A DNA stretch of 64,000 nucleotides from the human T2T-CHM13v2.0 reference genome, Homo sapiens: the NCBI RefSeq assembly GCF_009914755.1, contig NC_060934.1. One strand, written 5' to 3'. The translations under genes were made by a program, and so were the position numbers. Under the pieces are notes generated by a model. It was not told the DNA's origin. It was given only the letters and a program-made list of their open reading frames with translations, and searched no databases. This document shows, one piece after another, positions 15,901 through 32,167 of the stretch. Position 1 is the stretch's first letter; every line of letters starts with the position of its first letter.

Positions 15901-17229
15901 GCTAACTTGAGTTTTTCTGTAGTGATGGGAATTTAGTTTTGTTTGTTTCTTTTTTTTTTTTTTTTTTTTGGTTGTCATTATTCACACTTAACTACGTGTG
16001 GCAAGTACTGTGGAGGAGAGAGATTGTTGTAAACAGGTTTGGGGGAGCACAGGAAGGAAGGGCTTTGAAACCATGCCCCGTGAGAAAATGCATAGAGCTG
16101 CTGCGCACCACTCTACCTTAAAGCTGGTAAACACACAGCCCTCCCCACAAGCCAAATGTTACGAATTCTATTTTTATAGCTCTTGGAAGGCTTTCTGCAA
16201 TCTTTTCCACGTTGAATGCTGCAGTTAAAAGATAACTTTAGGAGAGATTTTCCAGATCAAAAGTCGCAGTTATAAGAATATTGAAAACAATGTAAAATCT
16301 TGTGCATGCAAATATTCATTTTATTGCTTTCAACTTTTGAATCAAGGAGGCACAGCAAATGACCCCTTTAAGCAGGGGAGTCATTACACCCTCACATTTT
16401 CTGAAAGATTTCTTGTGGGTCAATTGCAAAGCACTATTGGAGTATAATAGTGCAAGGCACTATTGGAGTATTTACTATTTTGTAAATTGCAAAGCACTAT
16501 TGGAGTGTGCCTTCATTAGAATATGGAAAAGTTATTCTTGTGAATTTAATCATAATCTGCATCAATTTGAGTAATACATTATTAAATGCAGTAGAGAGTG
16601 CTCAGAATAGAAAATGGTGGATTATTTTGAGCCTGCATTGGTGAACAAAGAAAAGGAAGCTTACTCCTTTCCTCTGTTTTTTAATTCTTTGATAAAGTGA
16701 TTACTGTTAAGAGTAGTGGATTGCTATAAACTTGATGTAATCATGATTTAATAAATCATTTGAAAAATTCTCTCATGGTAGCATGTGAGTGTTCAAGTGG
16801 AAATAATGACAATAATGACAGCTGACACCCAGGAAGCATTTGTTATATGTAGGGAGAAATGTCAAAAGAAGAAATCTAGTTAGAAAGATCCATAGCTTGT
16901 GAACAACCATATATCGAAAGTCACCAATATTATCCCAAAGAGCAGAGGTTCTCAGGGGAATGTTACAGGGCTTCATATCTTTCAAAATATTTATTAATGA
17001 CTGCATGAAGACAAAGAAGACACTTGTGGAAACCCAGGTGGAATAGCCACCAAGATTGATGAAACTACCAACATTTAATGTAGAATCCAATGAAAACAAA
17101 TATCTGAGCACTCACAATTTAGATCCTCGGGAGTGGGTACATATCATATTGGGGATTCTACAATTTTAACTGGAGATCCACACATAAACAACTAAAATAA
17201 GACGCAATTAACAAGATGCACATTTAAGC

Positions 17230-17415
17230 CTGCATTTGAATCCCTGTTCTAACACTAATTCGTACAATCTTGAGCTAGTTACACTTAGTCTCTAAAATTC
17301 TCAATGTTCTTATCTAGAAAATGGGATAATATTAGTACCTAGAATAGAACTTGATAGGATAGGACATGTCAAATAATTAGCATAGTAGCACCCAATACCT
17401 TTTAGCTATTATTAC
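17230..17415 (+). mobile_element. MIR remnant
   Basis: TTGAATCCCTG...AAAATGGGATAATATTAGTACCT...TAGCTATTATT, MIR core. Confidence 0.65.
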
Positions 17416-17463
17416 TGTCATCATAGTTGTTATTAAGAATAATAAATATGGATAATAAACACG

Positions 17464-17598
17464 GCCAGCATGGTGGCTTATGCCTGCAGTCTAGCACTTT
17501 GGGAGTCCAAGTGAGAAGGATTGCTTGAGGTCAGGAATTCGATACCAGCCTGGGCAACGTAGTGAGACTCTGTCTCTAAAATAATAACAATAATAAAT
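17464..17598 (+). mobile_element. Free left Alu monomer (FLAM/AluJ)
   Basis: Single monomer ending GAGACTCTGTCTCTAAAA plus A-rich tail. Confidence 0.8.
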
Positions 17599-18062
17599 AC
17601 TATAGTAGAGTTATCTAGTCTTTGTAGGAAACTGCACATTTAATCAAGATAATCATGAATTTTAACATTTAAACAATCAGTTGTGCAAGAAAGGATTGGG
17701 AAATTTTGGCTTAACAAATGTGCGTGTGAAACAGAGTGAAGGTTTTTGTTAAAAATCAAGCTTTGCTTTAATCAGTGGTGTGAATGAGCTATTGAAAAAG
17801 ATAATGGCTAAATGGATAAAAGCATATTGCCCAGGTTGGCAAAGTTGAGAATGCCTTAGTATTCTAAAATAGTCAGATCCTATATGAAGGACCGGGCCCA
17901 GTTCTGAATAGCTGACTCTTTGAGCTGGACGCGTTAGAGATGCCTCTAGAGTCTTGAGGGAGGTGATAAAGGATACGGTTAAGGGCACAGAAAAAAGCTT
18001 CGGAAGGGACTGGGTAACTGCTTTCAATGGGTTTTCAGGCATCTCAGTGATCACACACATCA

Positions 18063-18427
18063 ATTTTATTTATTTATGTATTTATTTATTTTTTGAGACA
18101 GAGTCTCACTCTGTCACCCAGACTGGAGTGCAGTGGCTCCCTCATGGCTCACTGTAGCTTTGACCCCCCAGGCAGGCTCAAGCAGTCCTCCCACCTCAGC
18201 CTCCCAAGTAGCTGGGATTACAGGCATGTGCCACCACACCCAGCTAATTTTTTTTGTATCTTTAGGAGAGATGGGGTTTCACCATGTTGGCCAGGCTGGT
18301 CTTGAACTCCTGACCTTGTGATCTTGTTTCTTTTTTATAGAGGTGGGCTCTTACCATGTTGCCCAGGCTAGTCTTGAACTTCTGAGCTCAAGCAATTCTC
18401 CTGCCTTGGCATCCCAAAGTGCTGGAA
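18063..18427 (-). mobile_element. Composite Alu (right arm plus two left-arm segments)
   Basis: Alu motifs with the left-arm block present twice (~18265-18322 and ~18338-18425). Confidence 0.8.
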
Positions 18428-18444
18428 CACTCGTTGATTTTAAT

Positions 18445-18960
18445 TTATAAAGGTGACTGAGCAGCTAATGTGATGGAAAGATTTTTGTTGCTTCTAATTC
18501 CCAAGAGGAAGGGCATGGCAGGCCACCCAGGGCCACATGGGGGAAGGCCAGTGTTGGACAGGAGGTGGAGAGGAGTGAGGAGAGAGATTGGGCCAGTCTT
18601 CATTGTGTTTTCTGTGGAACAGGTGTGGCAGGGCAGGGGAAACAGCTTAAGATTGGCTAGTTTGAATGACGCCAGTGGGTTTAGGGGCAGAGGGGCTGTC
18701 CCTAGTTGTCTGGTATCTGGTCCTGTGTTGATTTCGGACAGGGGAAGTATTGGCCTGGTATATGTTAGATACAGGAGGTAGTTGGAATATAGGCTTTGGA
18801 TTGGCTGGTTTGTGTATGAAAAGCACTCACACAGACCAGTCATTTATCGTCTTAGGAATTAGCTAGCCCCGAGGAGGGGGTCAGTTTCTTTTACCCAACT
18901 AGATCCCCCAAGAGGTCAAAACATCATAAAATATAAAAACTAAAAACTATGATTAATACA
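18445..18960. mobile_element. Old ERVL-type LTR (MER21/MER68/MER77-like)
   Basis: Remembered motifs GGGCCACATGGGGAAG, GATTGGCTAGTTTGAAT, GTCCCTAGTTGTCTGGTA, AGGAATTAGCTAGCCC; ends TAATACA. Confidence 0.6.
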
Positions 18961-20469
18961 TCAGGGTACAAGCTGTAGCTCTAGGGGAAGAACCAGGAAC
19001 TATGGGGAGAAGTCCTAGAGAGGCAGATTTTAGGGAAAAAGGAAAATAAATCTTTCTGTGAAACAGGGCTATTGGAAAGTGGAAAGAATGTCTTTGTGAC
19101 ACCAAGAATGCCTGAACTCAGATATATTCTGGGATGGCATAACCAGGTTGCTTTATGTCGTAGATGGGATTCCTTCAAGGACTGGGAGGTTGGAATAAGG
19201 TCCAACTCAAAGATTCCATTATTCGATGGCTGATGGCAGGCCTAGAAGGAAATCGGATGCCCATTGCTTCTCTTCATGTACTACTTCTTAACTTCTTGGG
19301 ATTAGAACCAACTTAGAAAGATTAAAATTCAGCACCGGGAATAAATGACATTTTTATATATAGTTGTAATAACTGGGGCTCTGATGGGAAGGACTGGAAA
19401 TCAGCCACTGGAAAAAAGAACCCCTATTTTAGTGCCAGTTAAGTGGGAGCCAAGTGGCCAGACGCCTACAGTAAAAACAATGGGCTGATCTTGAGTTCTC
19501 CTGAGAAACTACAAACTGTAAGGTTTTTATTGGCAAAGTCTTTCTATGAAGTCATTCTTCCACTAGAAATATATTGAGCTCTGGCTTGGCCCTGACCACT
19601 AGGGACTTTACTGTGTGTTAGGACCATTTTTTAAGAACCGGCCTTCTTTTTTTTTTTTTTTTAAATGGTTATCATTTTAAGTCTGTGCTTCCATTAAGTA
19701 TTAAAAGATGCTAATGGATGGTAAGATTCTCAGTTTCCTCTTCTTAAACAGGAAGGAACTATACGAGAATTATCTAAAGGTTTCCTTCTGATTCTAAAAT
19801 TCTTTGATTTTGTGACGATATTCTCTGTTGACTCTCAAAACTCTATTCCTTGAATTGACTCTACTTGCATGAACTACGCACTGTTGTTGACAGTATACTG
19901 TGTGCCTGTCTAGTGTTATTCTAGGCATTTCCATTTGTTATCAGATAGGTAGGGTTGCTCTTATTTTAGAGCCAAAGAAGCAGAGACTCATATTAGTAAC
20001 TTGTCCAAAATCAAGGAGCTAACAAAGGGGAAGATTAGGGAAGACTAAGTCTCTCTAACTCTTCCTGTCCTATTGCAGAGTTCCATATTACAATGATGAG
20101 CGTCAGAAGCTGTCAGAAAATGATGTTGGGAATGCCATTCTTTGTTAGACAGTAAAGCCACTGCCTCTGGCTTGGAAGTATTGATCACTGCATCTGAGAT
20201 TTGAGAATTGAAGGCGGTTAACTATGGTCCCACTTGCCCCTCTCTCCAGATGAGAGTTTGTTTTTTTCTGGTAAAGGTGTGGAGGGGAGAGAGACAAGAG
20301 AACAGACGCATTTAAAAATCATGGAAATATTTTGATGTTTCTTTCATTTACTTATTTCTTTTTGTCCCAAGTTTAATATCAGTTTCTGTTTGTTCCAATT
20401 CTACTTAAGGCAAGAAGAAAATTCCCTTTTACTTCTAAAATTCTGTTAATTTTTTCTTTGATATTTCTT

Positions 20470-20645
20470 TTAAAAATTTTTAAATAATTTTCATGGGTAC
20501 ATAGGTGTATATATTTGTGGGGTGCATGAGATATTTTGATACAGACATACGATGTGTAATAATCACATCAGGGTAAATGGGGTATCTGTCACCTCAAGTA
20601 TCGATTATTTCTTTGTGTTGCAAATATTCCAGTTATGCTCTTCTG
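20470..20645 (-). mobile_element. L1MA 3' end fragment
   Basis: Closely resembles 6420-6580 (GTGTAATAATCACATCAGGGTAAATGGGGTAT). Confidence 0.8.
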
Positions 20646-21409
20646 TTTTGATATGCAAAGACAGATACCTGCCTTGCTTTTAAAATCCATCTGCGCTCAG
20701 GATGCCTTTCAAATTGGTCATTTTAAGGTAATAAAGGCTGTTTGAGAATCCTGGACATTCAGTACTCACTTGGGGCACTTGAACTCTTATCCAGTCCTAG
20801 CAAACAGGCTATTTCCATCTGGATGGCCTCTAAATTCTCATGGGAAATATATCAGATTATTTTCTTTCTCAGATACAGGTTTCTGGATCTCCATTTATTT
20901 TTGTCAATCACATGGTCACCATAACTGAAAGCGTCATTTAACGTGTTATTGCTATGAAAAACCTCAACTTTATTTATTTTAAAATGAACACATCAACTAT
21001 GTCAGGTACGGTGCTTTGTAATGCACAAAAAAATCAGGAGTGGGAGGTTCATTTATAAGTTTGTGACATTTAGGCTCAAGCATCTGTTGGGACTTTGAAT
21101 TGTCTGGAAAATAGATACTAACCAATGAGACTAAACAGTTTGTGTGGCCATCTGTTCAGAATTAAAACATGGAGGAGGAAATTAGATTAATCATTCTACA
21201 ATTTGGGGAATTCAGTATGAAGATCTGCTTTTACTGTGAATGCCTCTATTTTTAAGCATTTGAATGAAAGTTTTTCTACATCTGGCTTCCACTATATATT
21301 TGTGAAAATGAACTTTAAGCTGTGTGTGTGCGTATGTTTGTGGCATGTGGTATGTGGCACATGAGTAACAATTTTGGGGATGTGGTGGGGGCAGGTGAGA
21401 CAATTAGCC

Positions 21410-21610
21410 AAGTGGCTAGGCATATCATAGGCTTTAAAGTTAGATAACTTTTGGGTAAGAATACCTTACTTTTCTCAACTGTACAAGGGAGTAATAAAAT
21501 TATTTATTTCATAAGGTCTTATGAGGATTACTTAAGATAATTATTGCATGTAAAGTACTTAGTATAATCCCTAGCACATGGTAAACATGCACTAAATATT
21601 AGTCACTATT
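21410..21610 (+). mobile_element. MIR remnant
   Basis: ATGAGGATTA...ATGTAAAGTACTTAG...CCTAGCACATGGTAAACA...TAAATATTAG. Confidence 0.65.
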
Positions 21611-22303
21611 CTGTGTCTACATGTATCATCATCATCATCACTATTATCACCTTTGTCCTCTTATTTCAAAATACAAAATGAATTTTACACCCTTCAAAAA
21701 TAGCTTTCTTTAGGTTTATTTTCTAATAGGTATTTACTGCATTAGAAACAAATTAAATGGTGTGTGTGTGTGAGTGTGTGAGTATGAGCATAAGTATTAG
21801 TGTGTAAAAGTGCTGATGAATGTATGTGTGTGTGTATGTGTGTGTTTTAGTGGATCCAATCTTTAAAAACTCCGATCCACTTAAATTAATTGCTTCATTT
21901 GCAGAACTAATGCCTCGTATTAACAGAGAATGACTCCTTTCCCCCTTTTAAATATACAGATACACTGTCGAATATGTTGTTACACTCCATGTTAAAATAG
22001 TGACTAATATACAAGGGGCCAATTTAGTAGGAACTCTTAATCATGACTTCCTGCAACTGGGCCCCTGATGGAAGTATATAATTATGGGTCAGAAATTGTA
22101 AATAACAGAACACTGGAAAATTGCATGTAGGCCAATGCCAATAGAAATCAGCCCCCAAGCTCCTTTCAATATAGAGTTTAAGAAATTGAAGCTATCTTAG
22201 GTATAATCTTGCTTCATCTTTGTCTCTCCTCTTCCACTTTTTTTGGACTCCCAGTTCAATCTCACCATCCCCAACCAACAGTTCATAATGGCCAGAACCC
22301 ACC

Positions 22304-22450
22304 ATCCCTCCCTCCCTTCCTCCTCCCTCTCTCCCTCCTTCCCTTCCTCCCTCTCTCCTTCCCTTCCTTCCTTCTTTCCTCCCTCATCCCCTCTCTCCTT
22401 CCCTCCTTTCCTATCCCTTTTTCTCTTTCCTCTATTGCCCTTTTTTCCCC
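22304..22450. repeat. Polypyrimidine (CCT/CCTT) low-complexity tract at an L2 end
   Basis: About 145 bp of almost pure C/T, followed by L2-like sequence to ~22900. Confidence 0.85.
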
Positions 22451-22999
22451 AGTATATCAACTGGGCATATACTATGTGTCAAGTCTTGTGGTAGATTAAG
22501 TGGTGAATAGCACAGACATTTTATTTGCTTTCATGAAATTTACAGAGCAGACATTAAAAAAATGCACACATAATTAATGTTAACGTTTATGACAATGAAA
22601 GAGAAGTTCACAGTGTGTGAGAGTTTGTAACAGGGGACTAACTTGTGTTATAGTGGATGGGCAAGAAAAATCATGGCAGGATTACATCTGAGCTTGATGG
22701 TGAAAGAGGAGTTCACTAAGTGAAGCGGGGGGCAGGTGTTTTCATTAGAAGGAATAGCACAACTTATCTGAAGGCCCCAAAACAGGAAAAGTCACAGACA
22801 GCGGGGAACGGAGTCTGGAAAGAAAACAGCTGGAAGAAGAGCAGCTTGGGGTTTTTGTCTTTCTTCTAAGAAAAGTGAATGGCAATGGAATGATCTTCAA
22901 AATAACAGTGTTGAAATATTGTATTTCAAACATAATGAAAATTATACAGTGTAATAAACAAAGGTATGTATGCACAGTAAATAACTTCAGGTCAGTGAT

Positions 23000-23870
23000 T
23001 TATCTTGTTTATGATGTTTATTGACATACAATAGGCTTTAACTTTTAATTTAGTGAAAGGATGCCATGTTTTCATTTCTGGTTTGTATTTTTCATTGTCT
23101 AGTTTAGGAAATCATTACCCAAGATGCTATTCTAAGTTGTTTCCCATATTGTTTTCTAAATCTTTAAGAGTCCGATACTTCACTTTTAGGTCTTGAATCT
23201 AACTGAATTTATTTTGGGGTATGGATGTAATTTTACTCCATTTTCCTTATGAATCATCAATTGTTCTAGTACCATTTGAGTTTTTCATTCTTTCTCCTTC
23301 TCTTAATTTATATTGTCACCTTTTCTATATGTCTAGTTTTCATATATGTGTGGTTCTCTTTCTGTACTCTCTGTTCTCTTCCATGGGTTTACTTGTAGGT
23401 CTCACTACTATAGAACATGTAACTTCATAAAATGTCTTGGTATTTTACATCATAAGTTGTTGTTTGTTCTAGCTCTTGACGTTTGTTCTCCATATGAGTT
23501 TAAGGAGCAGCTTGTCAATGAAAACCTCTTTGGGGCTTTTAATCAGAATGGCTTTAAATTTATAGATTAATTTTTAAAGAACTGATATCTTTACTCTGAG
23601 TTTTTCTCTCTATAAATATAGTTGCTCTCTCATTTATTCCAAAATTCTTGTATGTCTGTTAATAATTATTTTTTATTAAGTTCTTTATATTTTTGTTTTT
23701 TGGATTAATACCAGGTATTTCTAATTTTGATAGAAAATTTCTGTGGGAATTAAAAAATTATATTTTCTATTACATTTTAAGTGGCTATCACTGGTGTGAA
23801 CTTAAATGATGCTGACTTTGTATCTAGTGCCTTACTGTACTCTTATATATTCAAACAATTTGTAAGTTTT
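23000..23870 (-). mobile_element. Old L1M/L1ME fragment
   Basis: T-rich degenerate L1 ORF2 antisense; appears to resume at ~25940. Confidence 0.65.
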
Positions 23871-23899
23871 TAAAAATATTAGTTCCTCTACTAATAGCC

Positions 23900-25935
23900 A
23901 AGTAAGCTCATATCAGGCTGAGATTTCACCTTTAATAACTATACACATTGAACAGACAAACAAAAGAGAAGGAAAATTAAAGGAAAAAGAGAAAACAGAG
24001 GTGGCACTGGAAGGTGAACCAAAGTAGGAATATTATGAAAGGGAGTTAATGCTTGAAAGAAGGCAATGACTCTAGATGAGTGCCTCATTTTTAGGCACTG
24101 AAATGCCTCAGGGGATTCTGCAGCATGTGAGGCAGCTAAAATTCCAAGAGGAAATCTATAGTATTTCTGGCATGAAGAACCAGAGGAAAAATTTAGGCAA
24201 CAACAGTCTCTGGAAAGTTAAGGAGGAATCTCAGAGAGCAGAGAGCCAGAAAGGGAATCTCCAAATTGTTTGCATAAACTCTGCCCAAATCTTGGTTAAC
24301 ACTTGAGCCATATTATATGTGAGGCAGACTCTGAGAAGCTCAACTAACAATACAAAAAGTGAACTGAGATTTGAGTTGCTATCAAACACACAGAGTTTTT
24401 ACCTTGTAAAACAAACAAAATCCATATTCTTTGAAGGACTAATGATAAAACCCAGAGATTCCATAACTTAATATTCACAATGTCCAGGATAAAATCCAGT
24501 GTTATCTGACTGCAAAGATTCAGGTATATGTGACCCATTCTCTAAGAAAAGAAAATCAACAAGGACCATTCCTGGCTCTTGAAATTATCAGGCAAACTGT
24601 ATAAAACAGCAACTATAAAAATGCTCAATGCTGTAAAAGAAAATATGCGCAGAATGGACAAAGGCAGAGGAAATTTCAGCAGAAGAATAAGAATTCAGAA
24701 ATATGGAAATTCTAGAACTAAAAAATCAAATATATTAAAAACTCACTAGATAGTCTTAACAATTGAATGGAGATGACAGGAAATTATAGTTATCTTAATG
24801 ATTGATCAATAGAAACTATGCAACATGAAGAACAGAGAGAAAAGAGAAAAAATGAACAGAGCCCCAGAGAACTGTGAAGAAAGAATGATATGTAACATAT
24901 GCATAACTGGGGTCCCAGAGGTAGAGAAGAGAGATAATGGACAGAAAACATTATTTAAAGACAATGTGCTGGGCGTGTTTGCTCACTTTGGGAGGCTGAG
25001 ATGGGTGGATTGCTTGAGCTCAGAAGTTCAATACCAGGCCTGGGCAACATGGCAAGACCCAGTCCCTACCAAAATTACAAAAAAATTAGCCAGGCAAGGC
25101 AGTGCATGTCTGTAGTCCCAGTTACTCAGGAGGCTGAGGTGGGAGAATCACCTGAGCCTGGGAGGTCGAGGCTGTAGTGAGCTGTGATCCCTCTGGGTGA
25201 CAGAGATCCTGTCTCAAAAAAAAAAAAAGAAGTCATGATGCTAGAAAGGTTTCCAAATTTGATAAAACATACAAATTTACAGACTCAAGAATTTCAATAA
25301 ATCCCAAGTAGGATAAATTGACAGAAAAACATGCCTAAGCACATCACGGTCAAACTGATGAAAATCAAAGATGAAGGGAAAGTCTTGAAAACAGAGAAAA
25401 ATGATACATTGCCTATAGGAAGCAATCATTCAAATGACTGGTGACTTTATCAAACAACAGAGTCCAAAAGTTGGTGAAATAACATATGTAAGGTGCTGAA
25501 AGAAAACAAAAAAAATCTGTCAACCCAGATTCTATATCCAGAGAAAACAATAGGAGTAATAACAACACTAAAACTTCTTCAGATGAAAGAAATGAAGTTT
25601 ATTGCCAGCAGAACTAGCAATGCTGAATTTCAAGAAATGTTTCAGTTATAAAAATGCTAAAGGAAGTTTGTCATGCTTAAAGGAAATGATACCAGATCTT
25701 TCTGAAGGAGAGAAGAACATGAGAAATAGTTAAAATAATAGATAAATTTCCAAGTCTATATTTTCCTCCTAATTACTTGAAAGTACATATTCTTATTTAA
25801 GGCATAAATTATAAGAATGACTTGTGCTGTTTATAAATCCATATATATATATAACAACTATAGGATCAAAGCTGAAGATTGTCAATGTACCTACATTATT
25901 GCAAAATTTCTGTATTGAAAGAGTTACAATAATAA
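23900..25935 (+). mobile_element. L1M 5'/ORF1 region inserted in the older antisense L1; contains an AluJ at ~24966-25228
   Basis: A-rich ORF1-like peptide NICITGVPEVEKRDNG and motifs CAACCCAGATTCTATATCCAG and AAATGCTAAAGGAAGTT. Confidence 0.72.
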
Positions 25936-25939
25936 CTCT

Positions 25940-29600
<3,661 letters not shown>

Positions 29601-30658
29601 GTTGGAGAATTCCTGTTGGACACTTAAATCCTCTCAGTCATTCTCTGTGGATGTTAATGTGTGTCATCTTTCTGCACTGTGTTCGGGGCAGATTTCTAGC
29701 AGTTCTCTGCTTCTCTCTGTCTCAGATCTGGGCATATATCATTCATTGAAGGTTTTTTTTTTTTTAACTCAATGCCTTCATTTTTTTTCATTTATATCTG
29801 CTTTTATTTTAATCTCTCACACTTTTAAAATGGAAGTTATTCATTTATCTCATTGGGCGACTGAACATACCTATTTTAAAGTGTTGCCAGCTGGATCCAC
29901 ACACTTAATTTCCTCTGAGGCGTATTCATGTTTTGAAGGTTGATTTTGCTGGCTGTCTTTCTCAGTATTCGATTTCTTCTTCTGTTTTGGAATTTTGCTT
30001 TGCAGGCTTATTTTGAGTGGGATGCTTCTGTTTTTGTTTTTCTTCTTTCTGTGTTCACCTCTCCTGGGCCGGGGGTTTTGTGGTCACCTTTGTGCAGCTG
30101 TTCAGGACTCCCTGCCCTAAACCTGGCAGTGCTGCAGTGCTCCTGTCCCACAGTGGCTTTGGGGATATACTGTGGCTTCCTTCCTGTCTTGATCGGACAC
30201 TGTGTTTCAGTCTTCTTTTTCCTTCCTAGGTTTGCAGCTTATTCAAAACTCTAGCTCCCAGGGAAGGGTTAGCCACAGCTTTTAGTTTGTTTTATGGGTG
30301 GGTATTGGGAGCGGGGGTGGGAGCTGGTGAGTGATGCTAGTCTCAGACTCTTGAGTGGAGTAATTGTATCCTTTTTACCCCACTGGAATCAAACTGCAGA
30401 CTGCCACAGCCTCCTTCCAGAACAGCCGTCCAGCAGGCCCCCGGCTCCAGCAGAGCCCACTGACTTGCGTTTCTCTTTTGTTTCTGGTTCATGGGGAGAT
30501 TTATCTTGTTATTTGAGTCTCATTATGCTTTCAGTGTTGTGTTTCTATTTAATCTATTTTTTTTTCCTCTGTATTTGGACTGGGGGAGACATGTCCCATA
30601 AATAGGTCTTAATTAGGAAATGTCATAAATAGAATTATGTTTTAGAAAGAGCTCTCTG

Positions 30659-30962
30659 GGCTGGGTGCCATGGCTCACACCTGTAATTCAAACACTTGGG
30701 AGGCTGAGATGGGAGGATTGATTGAGGTCAGGAGTTTGAGACCACCCTGGGTAACACAGTGAGACCCTCGACTCTACAAAAATTTTTAAAGAAATAGCTG
30801 GGCATGGAGGCATGCACTGTCCCAGCTACTCAGAAAGCTGAGGTGGGAGGATTGCTTGAGCCAAGGAGTTCGCAGCTGCAGTTGAGTGATATTTGTGCCT
30901 CTGCACTCCAGCCTGGGCAACAGAGCGAGACCCTGTCTGTAAATTTAAAAAAGAAAAAAAAA
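30659..30962 (+). mobile_element. AluJ
   Basis: Dimer with GGGAGGATTGCTTGAGCC J-type right arm and poly-A tail. Confidence 0.88.
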
Positions 30963-31804
30963 GGTGGCAGAACAGTTTCCCCTCTAATTTACTACAAAAT
31001 TCCAAATCTTTACCAGCTGAGAAACAATTACTACTCCCCTGGGTAGGAATTTCCTTTGTGGGCTGGTTCAGGGCACGGTTTCCAGGACCAGTTGGCTGGT
31101 AAGGCGGATCTCTCCCCAGCTGTCTCCCTCAGCAGGGGATTCAGGGAAGGAGGCCAGTTGTGGCTCCGAGCCAAAAATGGAGTGCCCGCTTTCTCAGAAT
31201 CAGGCATCAGCCATGGCAAAACTTCCCCAGTGGTGACCAAAATAGCTTCCCTAGAGGCGTATCTTTTCTGCTTTTCTCTGTTTCAGGTAAGAAAGGCTCA
31301 GAAAAGGGAGAGAAGGCAGAGCCAGTCATGACACAGAGCCTCAACAGAGGCTGGTCTCCAGCATCAGGCACTGATGACATTCACTGAGCCACAGCCCATG
31401 CCCAGAAGGTTTCCGACGTTCACATAGACCACAGGCCTTCTCCAGAAGTAAGCACCAACAGGGGCTACAAGATCACTGACAAAGAAATATATCAGAGTGC
31501 CATTCTAACAAAATGGATTCTTAAAAATACATGCTGTGACTGAGGCAGAGTAATTGCAAGAAGGGAATTGCAGGAATAACTTTTATTGCCTCTGTACTGC
31601 TCCCTCCCAAGATCACCCCACATGGCTGTGAATATCTTTGCAACTTCCTGTATAATTCTAGTTATTCTAATGTAAGTATTTAATAGACTGCACAGGTCAT
31701 TGGAAACCTTCAAATCCCAGTTAATTTGGATACTCCACTAAACATGATTACTGTCTGTGTGGCTTAGGCTTCCAGGGAGAAAATTAAATAATGTGAATGT
31801 CATT

Positions 31805-32167
31805 TGATATGGTTTGGCTGTGTCCCCACCCAAATCTCATCTTGAATTGTAGCTCCTATAATTCCCACATGTCATGGGAGGATTTGGTGGGAGGTAATTG
31901 AATAATGGGGGTGGGTCTTTCCCATGCTGTTCTTGTGATAGTAAATAAATCTCATGAGATCTGATGGTTTTATAAATGGGAGTTCCCCTGCACAAGCCCT
32001 CTTGCCTCCCACCATGTAAAACGTGACTTTGGTCCCCCTTTGCCTTCCGCCATGATTGTGAGGCCACCCCAGCCACGTGGAGCTATGAGTCCATTAAATC
32101 TCTTTCCTTTATAAATTACCTAGTCTCAATTATGTTTTTATTAGCAGCATGAGAACAGACTAATACA
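31805..32167 (+). mobile_element. THE1 (MaLR) solo LTR, THE1C/D-like
   Basis: TGATATGGTTTGGCTGTGTCCCCACCCAAATCTCATCTTGAATTGTAG ... GAGAACAGACTAATACA. Confidence 0.92.

Noticed and set aside
16422-16506. CRISPR-like repeat-spacer pattern
   Set aside because: Only three copies, spacers of 7 and 18 bp, no cas genes, eukaryotic context.
22197-22499. Glu/Gly/Arg-rich and Pro/Ser-rich ORFs
   Set aside because: Translations of the polypyrimidine tract.
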